From an uncultured Bacteroidota bacterium (GTDB lineage: Bacteria; Bacteroidota; Ignavibacteria; Kryptoniales; Kryptoniaceae), in NCBI GenBank assembly GCA_964593475.1, contig CAZQJI010000001.1:3168-67167 (forward strand): 64,000 bases of DNA, in the 5' to 3' direction. Below the pieces are notes generated by a model. That model was not told the origin of the DNA, made no database searches, and saw only the letters and a program-made list of their open reading frames with translations. The translations under genes were made by a program, and so were the position numbers. Positions 1-9,323 of this stretch are shown here, one piece after another. The stretch's first letter is position 1. Each line of letters begins with the position of its first letter.

Positions 1-307
1 TTTGATCTGGGGAACTGTTGTTATGACGGTTACAGGCGTTGTCTTGTGGTTTGAAAATCATTTTATGGGCTGGTTCTCAAAAACATTTGTTGATGTTTGC
101 AATACAATTCACTATTTTGAAGCATGGCTCGCTTTCCTTGCGATAATTGTCTGGCACATTTACTATGTCATCTTCAATCCGGATGTCTATCCTATGAATT
201 TCGCCTGGTTGACGGGATATTTGACGGAGGAAGAAATGGAAAAAGAGCATCCACTTGAACTTGAAAAGATAAAACTTCAAGAAATTAAAAAGGGAGAACC
301 GGTATGA
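1..307 (+). CDS. FdnI-like (formate dehydrogenase gamma / CbcL-type) di-heme cytochrome b, C-terminal part (5' truncated by window)
   Basis: WG..vM..TG..LW, IHYFEAWLA..IIVWHIY and NP..YPMN..W.TG motifs; closely parallels the C-termini of 577..1263 and 2294..3169. Confidence 0.85.
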   Translation, partial: LIWGTVVMTVTGVVLWFENHFMGWFSKTFVDVCNTIHYFEAWLAFLAIIVWHIYYVIFNPDVYPMNFAWLTGYLTEEEMEKEHPLELEKIKLQEIKKGEPV

Positions 308-561
308 ATTGCGATGAAAAAGAGGTTAAAAACATAATGATTGAAATTTTAAAGGTTGCAATTGAAAGAGAAAAGGACTCGTTTGATTACTATTATTCTG
401 CTTCACTGAAGGCATGTGAGCCAAGCATTCAAAAGTTTTTGCTTGAACTTGCAGAGATGGAAAAAGAACACAGGAGATTACTTGAAGAAAAGTTAAGCCA
501 GCTTGAAGCCGAAGTTTCAGTAATTGAGAGCATAAGGTCAAGTTTTGAGTATCTGGAATAA
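304..561 (+). CDS. Small ferritin/rubrerythrin-like protein (single helix pair)
   Basis: AIEREKDSFDYY...LAEMEKEH matches one E...ExxH half of a rubrerythrin di-iron site; overlaps upstream stop (ATGA). Confidence 0.75.
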   Translation: MNCDEKEVKNIMIEILKVAIEREKDSFDYYYSASLKACEPSIQKFLLELAEMEKEHRRLLEEKLSQLEAEVSVIESIRSSFEYLE

Positions 562-576
562 AAAATCGGTGAGGAA

Positions 577-1263
577 ATGGCGAAGGAAAAAATGGTCTTA
601 AGATTTTCTTTATCCTGGAGGGTCCAACACTTTCTTTTAATGATAAGTGTAACGCTTTTGATAATAACTGGTTTTGCTCTTCGTTATCACGATACTTGGT
701 TTGGAAGGTTTTTAATTTTTATTGAGGGTGGATTTGAAGCACGGGGGACATTGCATAGGATTTCCGCTGTTTTGCTCTTTGTTACAGCGGTTTATCATCT
801 AATTTATATTTTGTTTACAAAGGAAGGGCGAAGGGAATTTAAAGAGTTGATATTCAGAAAAAAGGATTTTTCCGATTTGATGGCAAGTGTTAGGTATGAT
901 GTTGGAAAGGATGAAAAGCCACCAGTGTATGGGCGATACTCTTATAAGGAGAAAATTCAATACTGGGCATTCTTTGTTTTCGTTGTGCTGATGATTTTGA
1001 GTGGTATAGTTCTCTGGTTTCACAATTATTTTTTTGGAATTTTACCGAAGTGGTTCTTTGATCTATCTCAAGCGCTTCACAGTTCAACCGCAACGCTTGT
1101 TATAACTTTTCTCGTCTTCTGGCATCTTTACCTTGTTCATCTTTCGCCGGGAAATTTTCCGATCAATACTTCATTCTGGCACGGTTATGTTTCAGAGGAG
1201 TGGTTGAAGGAAAATCATTATCTTGAATATCTTGAAGTAAAAAACAGGGAAGAGGAAAGATGA
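577..1263 (+). CDS. FdnI-like membrane cytochrome b
   Basis: 4 hydrophobic helices; His in RVQH, TLHR, YHL, ALHS, FWHL; YGRYSYKEK loop. Confidence 0.85.
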   Translation: MAKEKMVLRFSLSWRVQHFLLMISVTLLIITGFALRYHDTWFGRFLIFIEGGFEARGTLHRISAVLLFVTAVYHLIYILFTKEGRREFKELIFRKKDFSDLMASVRYDVGKDEKPPVYGRYSYKEKIQYWAFFVFVVLMILSGIVLWFHNYFFGILPKWFFDLSQALHSSTATLVITFLVFWHLYLVHLSPGNFPINTSFWHGYVSEEWLKENHYLEYLEVKNREEER

Positions 1264-2297
1264 GGTTATCCCCTTTAATTCTGATTTTTCTATTGTTTGA
1301 AATTGCGAATGCGCAGTTGAAAAACGAGCGTTGTTTCATCTGTCACGGCGTTAAAAATTTTGGTGTGGTTGAGCAAGGCAAGTTCAGATCTCTTTATGTT
1401 TCAAGAAAAGATTTTGAAGAGTCGGTTCACAGTAAATTTGCCTGTGTTTCTTGCCATGTTGATGTAAGAGTTATACCGCATTTGACAAAGCCCCGGAAGA
1501 TTCATTGCTTGCAATGTCATTTTGAAGGTAATGTCGTGGGTGCCCCTGTTTCAGCAAAGCCGGAAAAATATAAAGAAAGCGTTCACGGGAGGGCTTTAGC
1601 CAAAGGTAAAAATGCCCCTGATTGTAAAGATTGTCACACAGTTCACTATGTCAGAAAGCCGGAGGATCCTAAATCAAGTGTTTATAAAGCTAATGTCCCC
1701 GAACTTTGCGGGAGATGTCATCAGGCGGTCAAAGAGCAATACTACAATTCAATTCACTGGGCTGGGATTCAAAAAGGTGAGTTATCTTCTGCGGTCTGCA
1801 TAGATTGTCATAAAGAGCATGATATCTTGCCACCCGAGGATCCACGTTCAAGCTTAAACCCTAAAAATGTTGTTGGAACTTGCGATAAATGCCATTCTGA
1901 TGTAAAGCTGATGAAGAGAGTTGGCGTTCCTGTTAAAAATCCGGAGGCATATAAAGAAAGTTTTCATGGGATAGCACTGAAGTTTGGTGTTGTAAAAGCT
2001 GCAAATTGTGCATCCTGTCATGAATATCATGAAGTTTTGCCGTCAAGCGACCCGAGATCCCCAATCTATCCAGCAAATCTTGCAAAGACATGTGGAAAAT
2101 GTCATCCAAGGGCAAATGAGAATGTGGCAAAAGGCAAATTCCATGTGTTGCCGGGCGAGAAAGAATCGGGAATTGTTTACTATGTTTATACTTTCTTCAA
2201 ATGGTTCACGCTTATAGTTTTAGCTGGTTTGTTTACGCATATAGCACTTGATTTAATCGGACATTTAAGAAGAAAAAGAAAAAAGAATGAGAAATGA
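1260..2297 (+). CDS. Nonaheme cytochrome c with signal peptide and C-terminal membrane anchor (CbcL/CbcA-like c domain)
   Basis: 9 CxxCH motifs counted; repeated Y..SvHG and H.I....DP.S units; N-terminal signal; C-terminal TM helix. Confidence 0.9.
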   Translation: MRLSPLILIFLLFEIANAQLKNERCFICHGVKNFGVVEQGKFRSLYVSRKDFEESVHSKFACVSCHVDVRVIPHLTKPRKIHCLQCHFEGNVVGAPVSAKPEKYKESVHGRALAKGKNAPDCKDCHTVHYVRKPEDPKSSVYKANVPELCGRCHQAVKEQYYNSIHWAGIQKGELSSAVCIDCHKEHDILPPEDPRSSLNPKNVVGTCDKCHSDVKLMKRVGVPVKNPEAYKESFHGIALKFGVVKAANCASCHEYHEVLPSSDPRSPIYPANLAKTCGKCHPRANENVAKGKFHVLPGEKESGIVYYVYTFFKWFTLIVLAGLFTHIALDLIGHLRRKRKKNEK

Positions 2298-3169
2298 TGG
2301 ATCCGAAAAAGGAAGCTGAAAAGATAATTCAAGAAATTGAATCTGAAAAAGGTATAACCCTTGAGAAAGAGTTCAGGGAAAAGTTGAAAAGCGAGATTGA
2401 GGAGAAAATCAGGGCTGAGATTGAGCAACGAAAGAAAGAGGAGTTGAAAAAGGTAAAAGAAGAGGAAGAATATTTCATCAGGTTTAGTTTGAACATACGA
2501 CTTCAACATTTAACGCTTGCTATTGGTGTTCTTCTGTTGATAATAACAGGTTTGCCGATCAAGTTTCACGAGTCGGGCTGGGCTGAATTCTTTTTTGAGA
2601 TGATCGGTGGGATACAGGTGTCAAGAATTCTGCACAGAGTTGGGGCTGGAATGTTAATTTTCGTATCAATCTGGCATACGATTTACATCGCTTTTACAAA
2701 AGAAGGAAGAAACGAGTTCAAAGAGCTTTTGCCAAGAAAAAAAGATTTCCTTGATTTCTATCAGAACATAAAATATATGCTTGGCAAGACAAACGAAAGA
2801 CCTAAGTATGGGAGATATTCTTATATTGAAAAATTTGACTATTGGGCTGTTTATTGGGGAATGGTGATAATGGTTTTGTCCGGTTTGATCCTGTGGTTTC
2901 ATAATTTCTTTCTCGGGATCTTTCCAAAATTTGTTTTTGACATCGCAAAAGAAGCGCATTCTGATGAGGCGATGCTTGCAACTCTTGCTATTGTGATCTG
3001 GCACTGGTATAATGCTCATTTTAATCCGCACATATTCCCGTTTAATCCAACGATTTTCACAGGAAAAATTTCAAAGGAAAGAATGTTAAGAGAACATCCG
3101 CTTGAATACGAAAAAATTATGAAGCAGAAACTTATGTCGGAGGGAAAATCTGATGAGGGCAAGGCGTAA
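2294..3169 (+). CDS. FdnI-like membrane cytochrome b with charged N-terminal extension
   Basis: RLQH, ILHR, IWH, EAHSDEA, IWHWY His motifs; YGRYSYIEKFDYWA; first ~60 aa are E/K-rich and coiled-coil-like. Confidence 0.88.
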   Translation: MMDPKKEAEKIIQEIESEKGITLEKEFREKLKSEIEEKIRAEIEQRKKEELKKVKEEEEYFIRFSLNIRLQHLTLAIGVLLLIITGLPIKFHESGWAEFFFEMIGGIQVSRILHRVGAGMLIFVSIWHTIYIAFTKEGRNEFKELLPRKKDFLDFYQNIKYMLGKTNERPKYGRYSYIEKFDYWAVYWGMVIMVLSGLILWFHNFFLGIFPKFVFDIAKEAHSDEAMLATLAIVIWHWYNAHFNPHIFPFNPTIFTGKISKERMLREHPLEYEKIMKQKLMSEGKSDEGKA

Positions 3170-5114
3170 AATCATAATTTTTTCCATCTTTTTTGTTTTT
3201 CTGTTTTATTTGTTCTTTCTCTTTTTGAGAACATCGGATAACCCTGAGTATTGCGGTTCCTGTCATTTTATGAAACCATATTATGAAAATTGGCTTTCTT
3301 CAACGCATAATCAGGTAAATTGTTCAACCTGTCATTATGGACCCGGATTTGTGAATTATATCAAGGGAAAGGTTAGATTGCTTTCTGAAATCGCAAGGTA
3401 CTATCTTGGAGCTTACAGTTATGAGATAACTTCAAAGATTGATAATGAGTCGTGTGTTAAGTGTCACGAGGAGAAAAAGTTTGTTGATAAGGAGATATTT
3501 TTTGTAAACGGGAAAGTTAAGTTTTCCCACGCAAAACATTTGTCGGAAGATAAAATTGGCTATAAATTGCAATGCCAAAATTGTCATTCTGAACTTGTTC
3601 AAGGGAGACATGAGGCGGTTTCAACAAAAATTTGCATACTCTGTCATTTCCCGGGTGGTGAAGTTGCGGGAGGACATCCGGTTTCAGGTTGTGGTAGTTG
3701 CCACGGTCCACCAAAAGATGATATAATGATCTGGGGAATCCCGTTTAATCATTCGGAGTATATCAAAAATCGTATAGATTGTGGAACTTGCCATCTTCAT
3801 GTTGCTGTTGGACGAGGAGATGTGAGGTTGGAAAAATGCAGTTCCTGTCATATCAATATAACCGGATTAACTCAATCGTCAAGAGATATGCATCGTGTTC
3901 ATGTGAGTGTTGAGAAAATTAATTGCTTCAAATGTCATGATGAAATAAAGCACGGTAAAGTTGAGGTTTTTGAGGTTTTTTCGCCGGTTTGCCAGGAATG
4001 CCACGGGAACAAACATTCAATTCAGGAGAAAATTTATTCCGGAAGTGGTGGTAAAGGTGTTCCGGTGCTTCCGGATCCGATGTTTCTTTCGGGTGTCTCT
4101 TGTAGAGGTTGTCACAGTGTCAAACTTGTCAAAACACATTCCGAAACGATTTTTGAACTTCCCGAATTCAACCCCAGCTCATGCAGTAATTGCCACGGGA
4201 AGGGATACGATAAACTTGTTGCACAATGGCAAAAGATTGTTAAGGAGAGATTAAGCAAAATAGAAACTGAGGTTGAGATCGCTGATCTTTTGAAAAAAGC
4301 TGGCTTGAGAAATTTCAGTGAAGAAAGTGTTGGTTTGAACCTTGAAATGGTCAAAAGAGATGGAAGCTTTGGAGCACACAATATAAAGTATATTAACCTT
4401 TTGCTTGATGTCGTTGAGAAGGAAATCAAAATGTCAGGCAGGAAACCCGATCTTGAAATTGTCTATAAAAACAATGCAAGATGTCTTGATTGTCATTTTG
4501 GGATTGAAAATTTGAATTCAAAAGATTTTTCACATGCTGTTCATCTTTTTAAATTAACCTGTGCTAACTGTCATACTGGTGGCGAGCCACCACAAACTTC
4601 ACACGGTAAAATTCTTGAATCGGTTCAAAATTGTAATAATTGTCATCACAAAGATTTTCTAGCAGGGAGCAATGTCAGGTGCGAAAGCTGTCATTCAAAG
4701 CAGGCGAATTTCTATGCTGGAAAATTTTTAACTGACTCGGAAGATTTTATGTTTCAAGCCGGTGTCTCGTGTGAGGATTGCCATATGACAGGCGGTAATT
4801 TGCCATCAAGACCGACTGCTGAGATATGCGGAAATTGCCACGAGCAAAGTTATGTTGATGACTTCGTTAAGAAACGGGATTCGTTGAAAGGACTAATAGC
4901 AAGATGGAAAAATGCAATGCCAGTTTTGATTCAAGGTTTGAAATCAGGTGGTAGCAAAGATGATATAGTTGAGTTTGAAAAGTTAAGAAAAGTGATAGAT
5001 GAATTTATCAGCGAGGGTTCTTTTGGAGCTCACAATTTGCAGTTTATTGATGAATTGGAGCAAAAAATTGAAAAATTTGTCAAAAAATTTGAAATTGTTC
5101 AAAGTAAAAACTAA
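3153..5114 (+). CDS. 18-heme cytochrome c with NapC/NirT-like N-terminus
   Basis: N-terminal TM helix then YCGSCHFM.PYY..W..STH (NapC/NrfH-like); 18 CxxCH counted. Confidence 0.9.
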   Translation: MRARRKIIIFSIFFVFLFYLFFLFLRTSDNPEYCGSCHFMKPYYENWLSSTHNQVNCSTCHYGPGFVNYIKGKVRLLSEIARYYLGAYSYEITSKIDNESCVKCHEEKKFVDKEIFFVNGKVKFSHAKHLSEDKIGYKLQCQNCHSELVQGRHEAVSTKICILCHFPGGEVAGGHPVSGCGSCHGPPKDDIMIWGIPFNHSEYIKNRIDCGTCHLHVAVGRGDVRLEKCSSCHINITGLTQSSRDMHRVHVSVEKINCFKCHDEIKHGKVEVFEVFSPVCQECHGNKHSIQEKIYSGSGGKGVPVLPDPMFLSGVSCRGCHSVKLVKTHSETIFELPEFNPSSCSNCHGKGYDKLVAQWQKIVKERLSKIETEVEIADLLKKAGLRNFSEESVGLNLEMVKRDGSFGAHNIKYINLLLDVVEKEIKMSGRKPDLEIVYKNNARCLDCHFGIENLNSKDFSHAVHLFKLTCANCHTGGEPPQTSHGKILESVQNCNNCHHKDFLAGSNVRCESCHSKQANFYAGKFLTDSEDFMFQAGVSCEDCHMTGGNLPSRPTAEICGNCHEQSYVDDFVKKRDSLKGLIARWKNAMPVLIQGLKSGGSKDDIVEFEKLRKVIDEFISEGSFGAHNLQFIDELEQKIEKFVKKFEIVQSKN

Positions 5115-5120
5115 AAGTTA

Positions 5121-7076
5121 GTGAGGGTGAAAGCGGATAGGGCAAAGAAAATACTTTTGAGAACAGGAATCGGATTAGTTGTTTTTCTTTTCGTTCTGGC
5201 TTTTTCGGCTGAATTTACATCACGACCCTCTTTTTGTCCGACCTGTCATTATATGGAGCCGTTTTATGAAAGCTGGAAAACATCATCACATAAAGATGTA
5301 ACCTGTGTTAAGTGTCATTTCCCACCGGGATTGGCTGGAACTGTTAGGGGAAAAATTGAGGGTCTTGTTCAGGTTGTTAATTATTTTGCTCGTTCCTATA
5401 CAAAGAGAAAACCCTGGGCTGAGATTTCCGATGAGTCCTGTCTGCAAAGTGGTTGCCATGAGACAAGATTGTTAAAAGGTAAAGTTATTTATAAAGGTGT
5501 TGTTTTTGACCATACCCCGCATCTTGAGGAGATGAGACGAGGGAAAAAATTAAGATGCACAAGCTGTCATTCGCAAATTGTTCAAGGGGAGCATATAACC
5601 GTCACAGAGACAACTTGCTTCCTGTGTCATTTCAAACGTGATGGAGATATTGAGTTCGCCGTTTATAAAAAACTTTCAAATTGCCAGACATGTCATCATT
5701 GGGAGTCAATTCCGAAAGAAGAGATGAAGAAATTTAGATTTGATCATTCTGAAGTTGTCAAGCGAAATATTGAATGTACACGTTGCCATGTTAATGTTGT
5801 TATCGGAGATGGTTTCGTCCCGAGAGAGAATTGTTATTCATGTCATTTTGATCACGCTCGCTTGAGCCAGTATGAAAATACGACGCTTTTGCATCGGGTT
5901 CATATAACTGAGCACAAGATTGAATGTATTCAATGTCATTTGACTATCCAGCATAAGGTTAGAAGAATAAGTCCCGAGGAAGAGCTTGAATGCACCGCCT
6001 GTCATACGGGCGAGCATAAAATGCAGTTGTTTCTTTTCACGGGAAAAGATTTAAATGGTTTAAAAGGTCATCCGAATCCAATGTTTGAGGCGGGTTTAAG
6101 TTGCGCAAGCTGTCATGTTTTCCACGAGGAGTTGATCGGGAAGGCGAAAGTTAAGGTCGCAAAGCCACAATCCTGCGAAGTATGCCATGGAAAAGGTTAT
6201 GCTAAACTTTTGAAATTATGGGAGGAAAGCGCCGACAGGAAAATCGTTGAATTAAGACAAGCAGTTAACACTGTTGATTCACTTGTTAAGATTCCGGAGG
6301 CAAAGCAATATATTGAAAAAGCCAGACAGGCAATTCAAATTGTTGAAGCAGGTAAAGCGGTTCATAATATAACCTATTCAGATCAGATAATCTCCAGGGG
6401 ATATGAATATCTTGGTGAGGCCATTAAAGTTGCAAAGCTGGATTATAAACTACCCACGCATTTCGTCTCCGCAAAAATTCCAAGTGAATGTGCAAATTGC
6501 CATACAGGTATTGAGAATATCTCAAAGCAGATTTATGGAACAGTTTTCTCACATGCGAAGCACATTCAGGAAAATTCTTTAAAGTGCAATGTTTGTCATT
6601 CAAACGCAAGAAGACATGGCGAGTTAATTCTGACAAAAGATGGTTGTAACTCCTGTCATCATCAAAAGCAAACAGCACAGGATTGCAAAACATGTCACAA
6701 AGTATCAAATGAAATTTACTCAGGGACCTATCTTGACAAATCAAGCCCGGATATTATGAGTCAGGCAGGGGTTGAATGTGTGGATTGCCATATAGTGAAT
6801 GGTAAAGTCGTTAGACCGAATGAAAAAGTTTGTTTGAATTGCCATGAGTCAGGATATGAGGAAATGGCGGTTGAATGGAGAGATGATGTGAAGAAGTTAA
6901 TTGAAGAGGTTAAAACCTTAAATTCAAGATATAATCGCAGGGATAAAGAGGAGTTCTCAAAAGTTCTTTCGGATATTGAAAAATACAGTGCAAATGGATT
7001 GCACAACTATAATCTTGTGGTTGAAATTTTAAACGAGCTCAAGAAGAAGTTGAGCGTTGCATCTGCAAGTGATTAA
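5121..7076 (+). CDS. 18-heme cytochrome c with NapC/NirT-like N-terminus (paralog of 3153..5114)
   Basis: FCPTCHYMEPFY.SW..SSH; 17 CxxCH plus one CLQSGCH (CX4CH); GTG start. Confidence 0.9.
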   Translation: MRVKADRAKKILLRTGIGLVVFLFVLAFSAEFTSRPSFCPTCHYMEPFYESWKTSSHKDVTCVKCHFPPGLAGTVRGKIEGLVQVVNYFARSYTKRKPWAEISDESCLQSGCHETRLLKGKVIYKGVVFDHTPHLEEMRRGKKLRCTSCHSQIVQGEHITVTETTCFLCHFKRDGDIEFAVYKKLSNCQTCHHWESIPKEEMKKFRFDHSEVVKRNIECTRCHVNVVIGDGFVPRENCYSCHFDHARLSQYENTTLLHRVHITEHKIECIQCHLTIQHKVRRISPEEELECTACHTGEHKMQLFLFTGKDLNGLKGHPNPMFEAGLSCASCHVFHEELIGKAKVKVAKPQSCEVCHGKGYAKLLKLWEESADRKIVELRQAVNTVDSLVKIPEAKQYIEKARQAIQIVEAGKAVHNITYSDQIISRGYEYLGEAIKVAKLDYKLPTHFVSAKIPSECANCHTGIENISKQIYGTVFSHAKHIQENSLKCNVCHSNARRHGELILTKDGCNSCHHQKQTAQDCKTCHKVSNEIYSGTYLDKSSPDIMSQAGVECVDCHIVNGKVVRPNEKVCLNCHESGYEEMAVEWRDDVKKLIEEVKTLNSRYNRRDKEEFSKVLSDIEKYSANGLHNYNLVVEILNELKKKLSVASASD

Positions 7077-7086
7077 AAATTTACTC

Positions 7087-7115
7087 TTGACATTTTGCTT
7101 TATTTTTGTTAAACT
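7087..7115 (+). promoter_or_regulatory. sigma70-type promoter for the tetraheme cytochrome gene
   Basis: TTGACA (7087-7092), 17-nt spacer, TAAACT (7110-7115), with extended -10 TG at 7107-7108; AGGAGG RBS before ATG 7147. Confidence 0.7.
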
Positions 7116-7146
7116 TAAAATGTAAAACACAAAACAGGAGGATGAA

Positions 7147-7701
7147 ATGAAACGTTATTTGTTGCTTTTGGTCCTTTTACCTGTCTTTATTGGATATTTG
7201 TTCTCACAAGAAGTACCAAAGCACAAATATGTTGGCGTTGCTGTTTGTGCGCCGTGCCATAAGGGTGAGAAAAAGGGGAGAATGTTTGAAATCTGGCAGG
7301 CAAGTAAACACGCAAAGGCATATGAGACATTGAAAACTGAACAAGCGATAAAAATCGCTCAGGAAAAGGGCATCAAAGTCCCACCGTATGAGGCGCCTGA
7401 ATGCTTGAAGTGCCATGTGACAGGGTTCGGAGCTCCAAAAGAGGCATTTCTTGAGAGGTTCAAGATTGAAGATGGTGTTCAGTGTGAAGCTTGCCATGGT
7501 CCAGGGTCTGATTATAAAACTTTGAAGATTATGCAAAATCGTGAGGAAGCGGTGAAGAATGGGCTTGTTCTTGTATTAGTTTCTGATGGCAGTGCTGAAA
7601 AACTCTGCAAGACATGTCACAATGAACAAAGCCCGACTTTCAAGGGGTTTGACTTTAAGAAGATGTGGGCTGAAATTGCGCATCCATTACCGAAGCAATA
7701 A
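7147..7701 (+). CDS. Periplasmic tetraheme cytochrome c (c554 family-like)
   Basis: Signal peptide; YVG...CAPCH, CLKCH, GVQCEACHGPGS, CKTCH. Confidence 0.88.
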   Translation: MKRYLLLLVLLPVFIGYLFSQEVPKHKYVGVAVCAPCHKGEKKGRMFEIWQASKHAKAYETLKTEQAIKIAQEKGIKVPPYEAPECLKCHVTGFGAPKEAFLERFKIEDGVQCEACHGPGSDYKTLKIMQNREEAVKNGLVLVLVSDGSAEKLCKTCHNEQSPTFKGFDFKKMWAEIAHPLPKQ

Positions 7702-7717
7702 TTGTTAATTTTTTATC

Positions 7718-7750
7718 ACGGCACATCTCAATTCGGGATGTGCCGTTTTT
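7718..7750 (+). terminator. Intrinsic terminator-like hairpin inside the cytochrome cluster
   Basis: ACGGCACATCTC-aattc-GGGATGTGCCGT 12-bp stem followed by TTTT. Confidence 0.7.
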
Positions 7751-7773
7751 GTTCTTAAAAATAAGAAAGAGAA

Positions 7774-8217
7774 ATGGAAATGCAATCTGGCTTAAAGAGA
7801 AGAGATTTTTTGAACTATCTCCTTGGCTTTGGTTTGATTGGTTGGCTTGCCTCGGTCCTTTATCCAATCCTTCGTTATATCATCCCACCAAAAGTGCCGG
7901 AGGCGAAAGTAAAAAGCGTTAAAGTTGGCAAAGTTGATGATTTTAAACCCGGGACAGGGACAATTTTTAAATTCGGGAATAAACCCGGGCTTTTGATCCG
8001 CCTTGAGACAGGTGAATTTCGGGCTTTTTCTGCGGTTTGCACTCATCTTGATTGCACTGTTCAATATCGTGAAGATATGAAGGCGATCTGGTGTGCCTGT
8101 CACAATGGGAAATATGACTTAAATGGGAAAAATATATCTGGTCCGCCACCTAAACCGCTTGAGCCGTTCAAAGTTGTCGTCAGAGGTGATGAAGTTTATG
8201 TAACAAAGGAGGGATAA
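7774..8217 (+). CDS. Rieske [2Fe-2S] subunit of a Rieske/cytochrome b complex
   Basis: Tat motif KRRDFL + TM helix; CTHLDC and CACHNG boxes; GPPP.PL. Confidence 0.93.
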   Translation: MEMQSGLKRRDFLNYLLGFGLIGWLASVLYPILRYIIPPKVPEAKVKSVKVGKVDDFKPGTGTIFKFGNKPGLLIRLETGEFRAFSAVCTHLDCTVQYREDMKAIWCACHNGKYDLNGKNISGPPPKPLEPFKVVVRGDEVYVTKEG

Positions 8218-8220
8218 AAT

Positions 8221-9303
8221 ATGGCTAGCTTTGGTCAAAAAATTTACAACTGGTTTGATGAGAGATACAAAATCCGCAGTTTCATTGAATTTATGTCTCA
8301 TAAGTCAGTGCCACAGCACAGGCATTCAATATGGTATTATTTCGGTGGGGTTAGTTTGTTTCTTTTTATAATTCAGGTTGTCACGGGGATCCTTTTACTT
8401 CTTTATTACCGCGTTGGAGAAGATAGTTCTTATGAGAGCGTTCAATTTATAGTTTCAAAGGTTAAGTTCGGCTGGCTGATTCGTTCAATTCATAGCTGGT
8501 CTGCGAATTTGATGATTCTTTCCGTTTTTATTCATATGTTCAGCGTTTATTTCACAAAGGCGTATCGTAAACCGCGCGAGTTGACCTGGGTAACCGGATT
8601 TTTGCTTTTATTGCTTGCTTTAACATTTGGTTTCAGCGGTTATCTTTTGCCGTGGAATGAACTTGCATTTTTTGCAACAAAAGTTGGAACTGAAATTATC
8701 GGCTCAATCCCGGGCATAGGAAAAGAATTGTTAAGAATTGTTCGCGGTGGTGAGGATGTAACCGGGGCGACGCTTTCAAGATTCTTCGGTCTTCATGTTG
8801 CGATACTTCCGGGAATCTTTACCATTATTTTGTTCCTTCATCTTTTATTTGTGCAAATTCAGGGTATGAGTGAACCGCCGGAGTGGGAGAAATTGCCACC
8901 CGAAAAAAGAAAATATATTCCGTTTTTCCCGAATTTTTTACTTCGTGATCTCCTTCTCTGGCTTATAATTCTCAACATACTTGCGATTCTTGCTGTCTTT
9001 TTCCCGTGGGACCTGGGTAAGAAAGCAGATCCTTTTGCTCCTGCACCGGCGGGTATAAAGCCGGAATGGTATTTCCTGTTTATGTATCAAACGCTTAAAT
9101 TTTTGCCACCAAAAGTTTTATTCCTTGAAGGTGAATTCTTCGGTGTTCTTGTCTTTACAATTGCCGGAATTCTGTGGATGCTTGTCCCGTTCTGGGATGT
9201 TAAAACTGAAAAAGGTTACAGAAACAGGTTGATAAATTACATCGGTCTTTTTGTTCTGATTTACATTATCACAATGACAATCCTTGGCTATGTGTTAAGT
9301 TAA
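8221..9303 (+). CDS. Cytochrome b of a Rieske/cytochrome b complex (unsplit b6 + subunit IV type)
   Basis: [25 protein letters not shown](14 aa)H, and PEWY motif. Confidence 0.93.
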   Translation: MASFGQKIYNWFDERYKIRSFIEFMSHKSVPQHRHSIWYYFGGVSLFLFIIQVVTGILLLLYYRVGEDSSYESVQFIVSKVKFGWLIRSIHSWSANLMILSVFIHMFSVYFTKAYRKPRELTWVTGFLLLLLALTFGFSGYLLPWNELAFFATKVGTEIIGSIPGIGKELLRIVRGGEDVTGATLSRFFGLHVAILPGIFTIILFLHLLFVQIQGMSEPPEWEKLPPEKRKYIPFFPNFLLRDLLLWLIILNILAILAVFFPWDLGKKADPFAPAPAGIKPEWYFLFMYQTLKFLPPKVLFLEGEFFGVLVFTIAGILWMLVPFWDVKTEKGYRNRLINYIGLFVLIYIITMTILGYVLS

Positions 9304-9323
9304 ACAATTCATGGAGAAATGTT

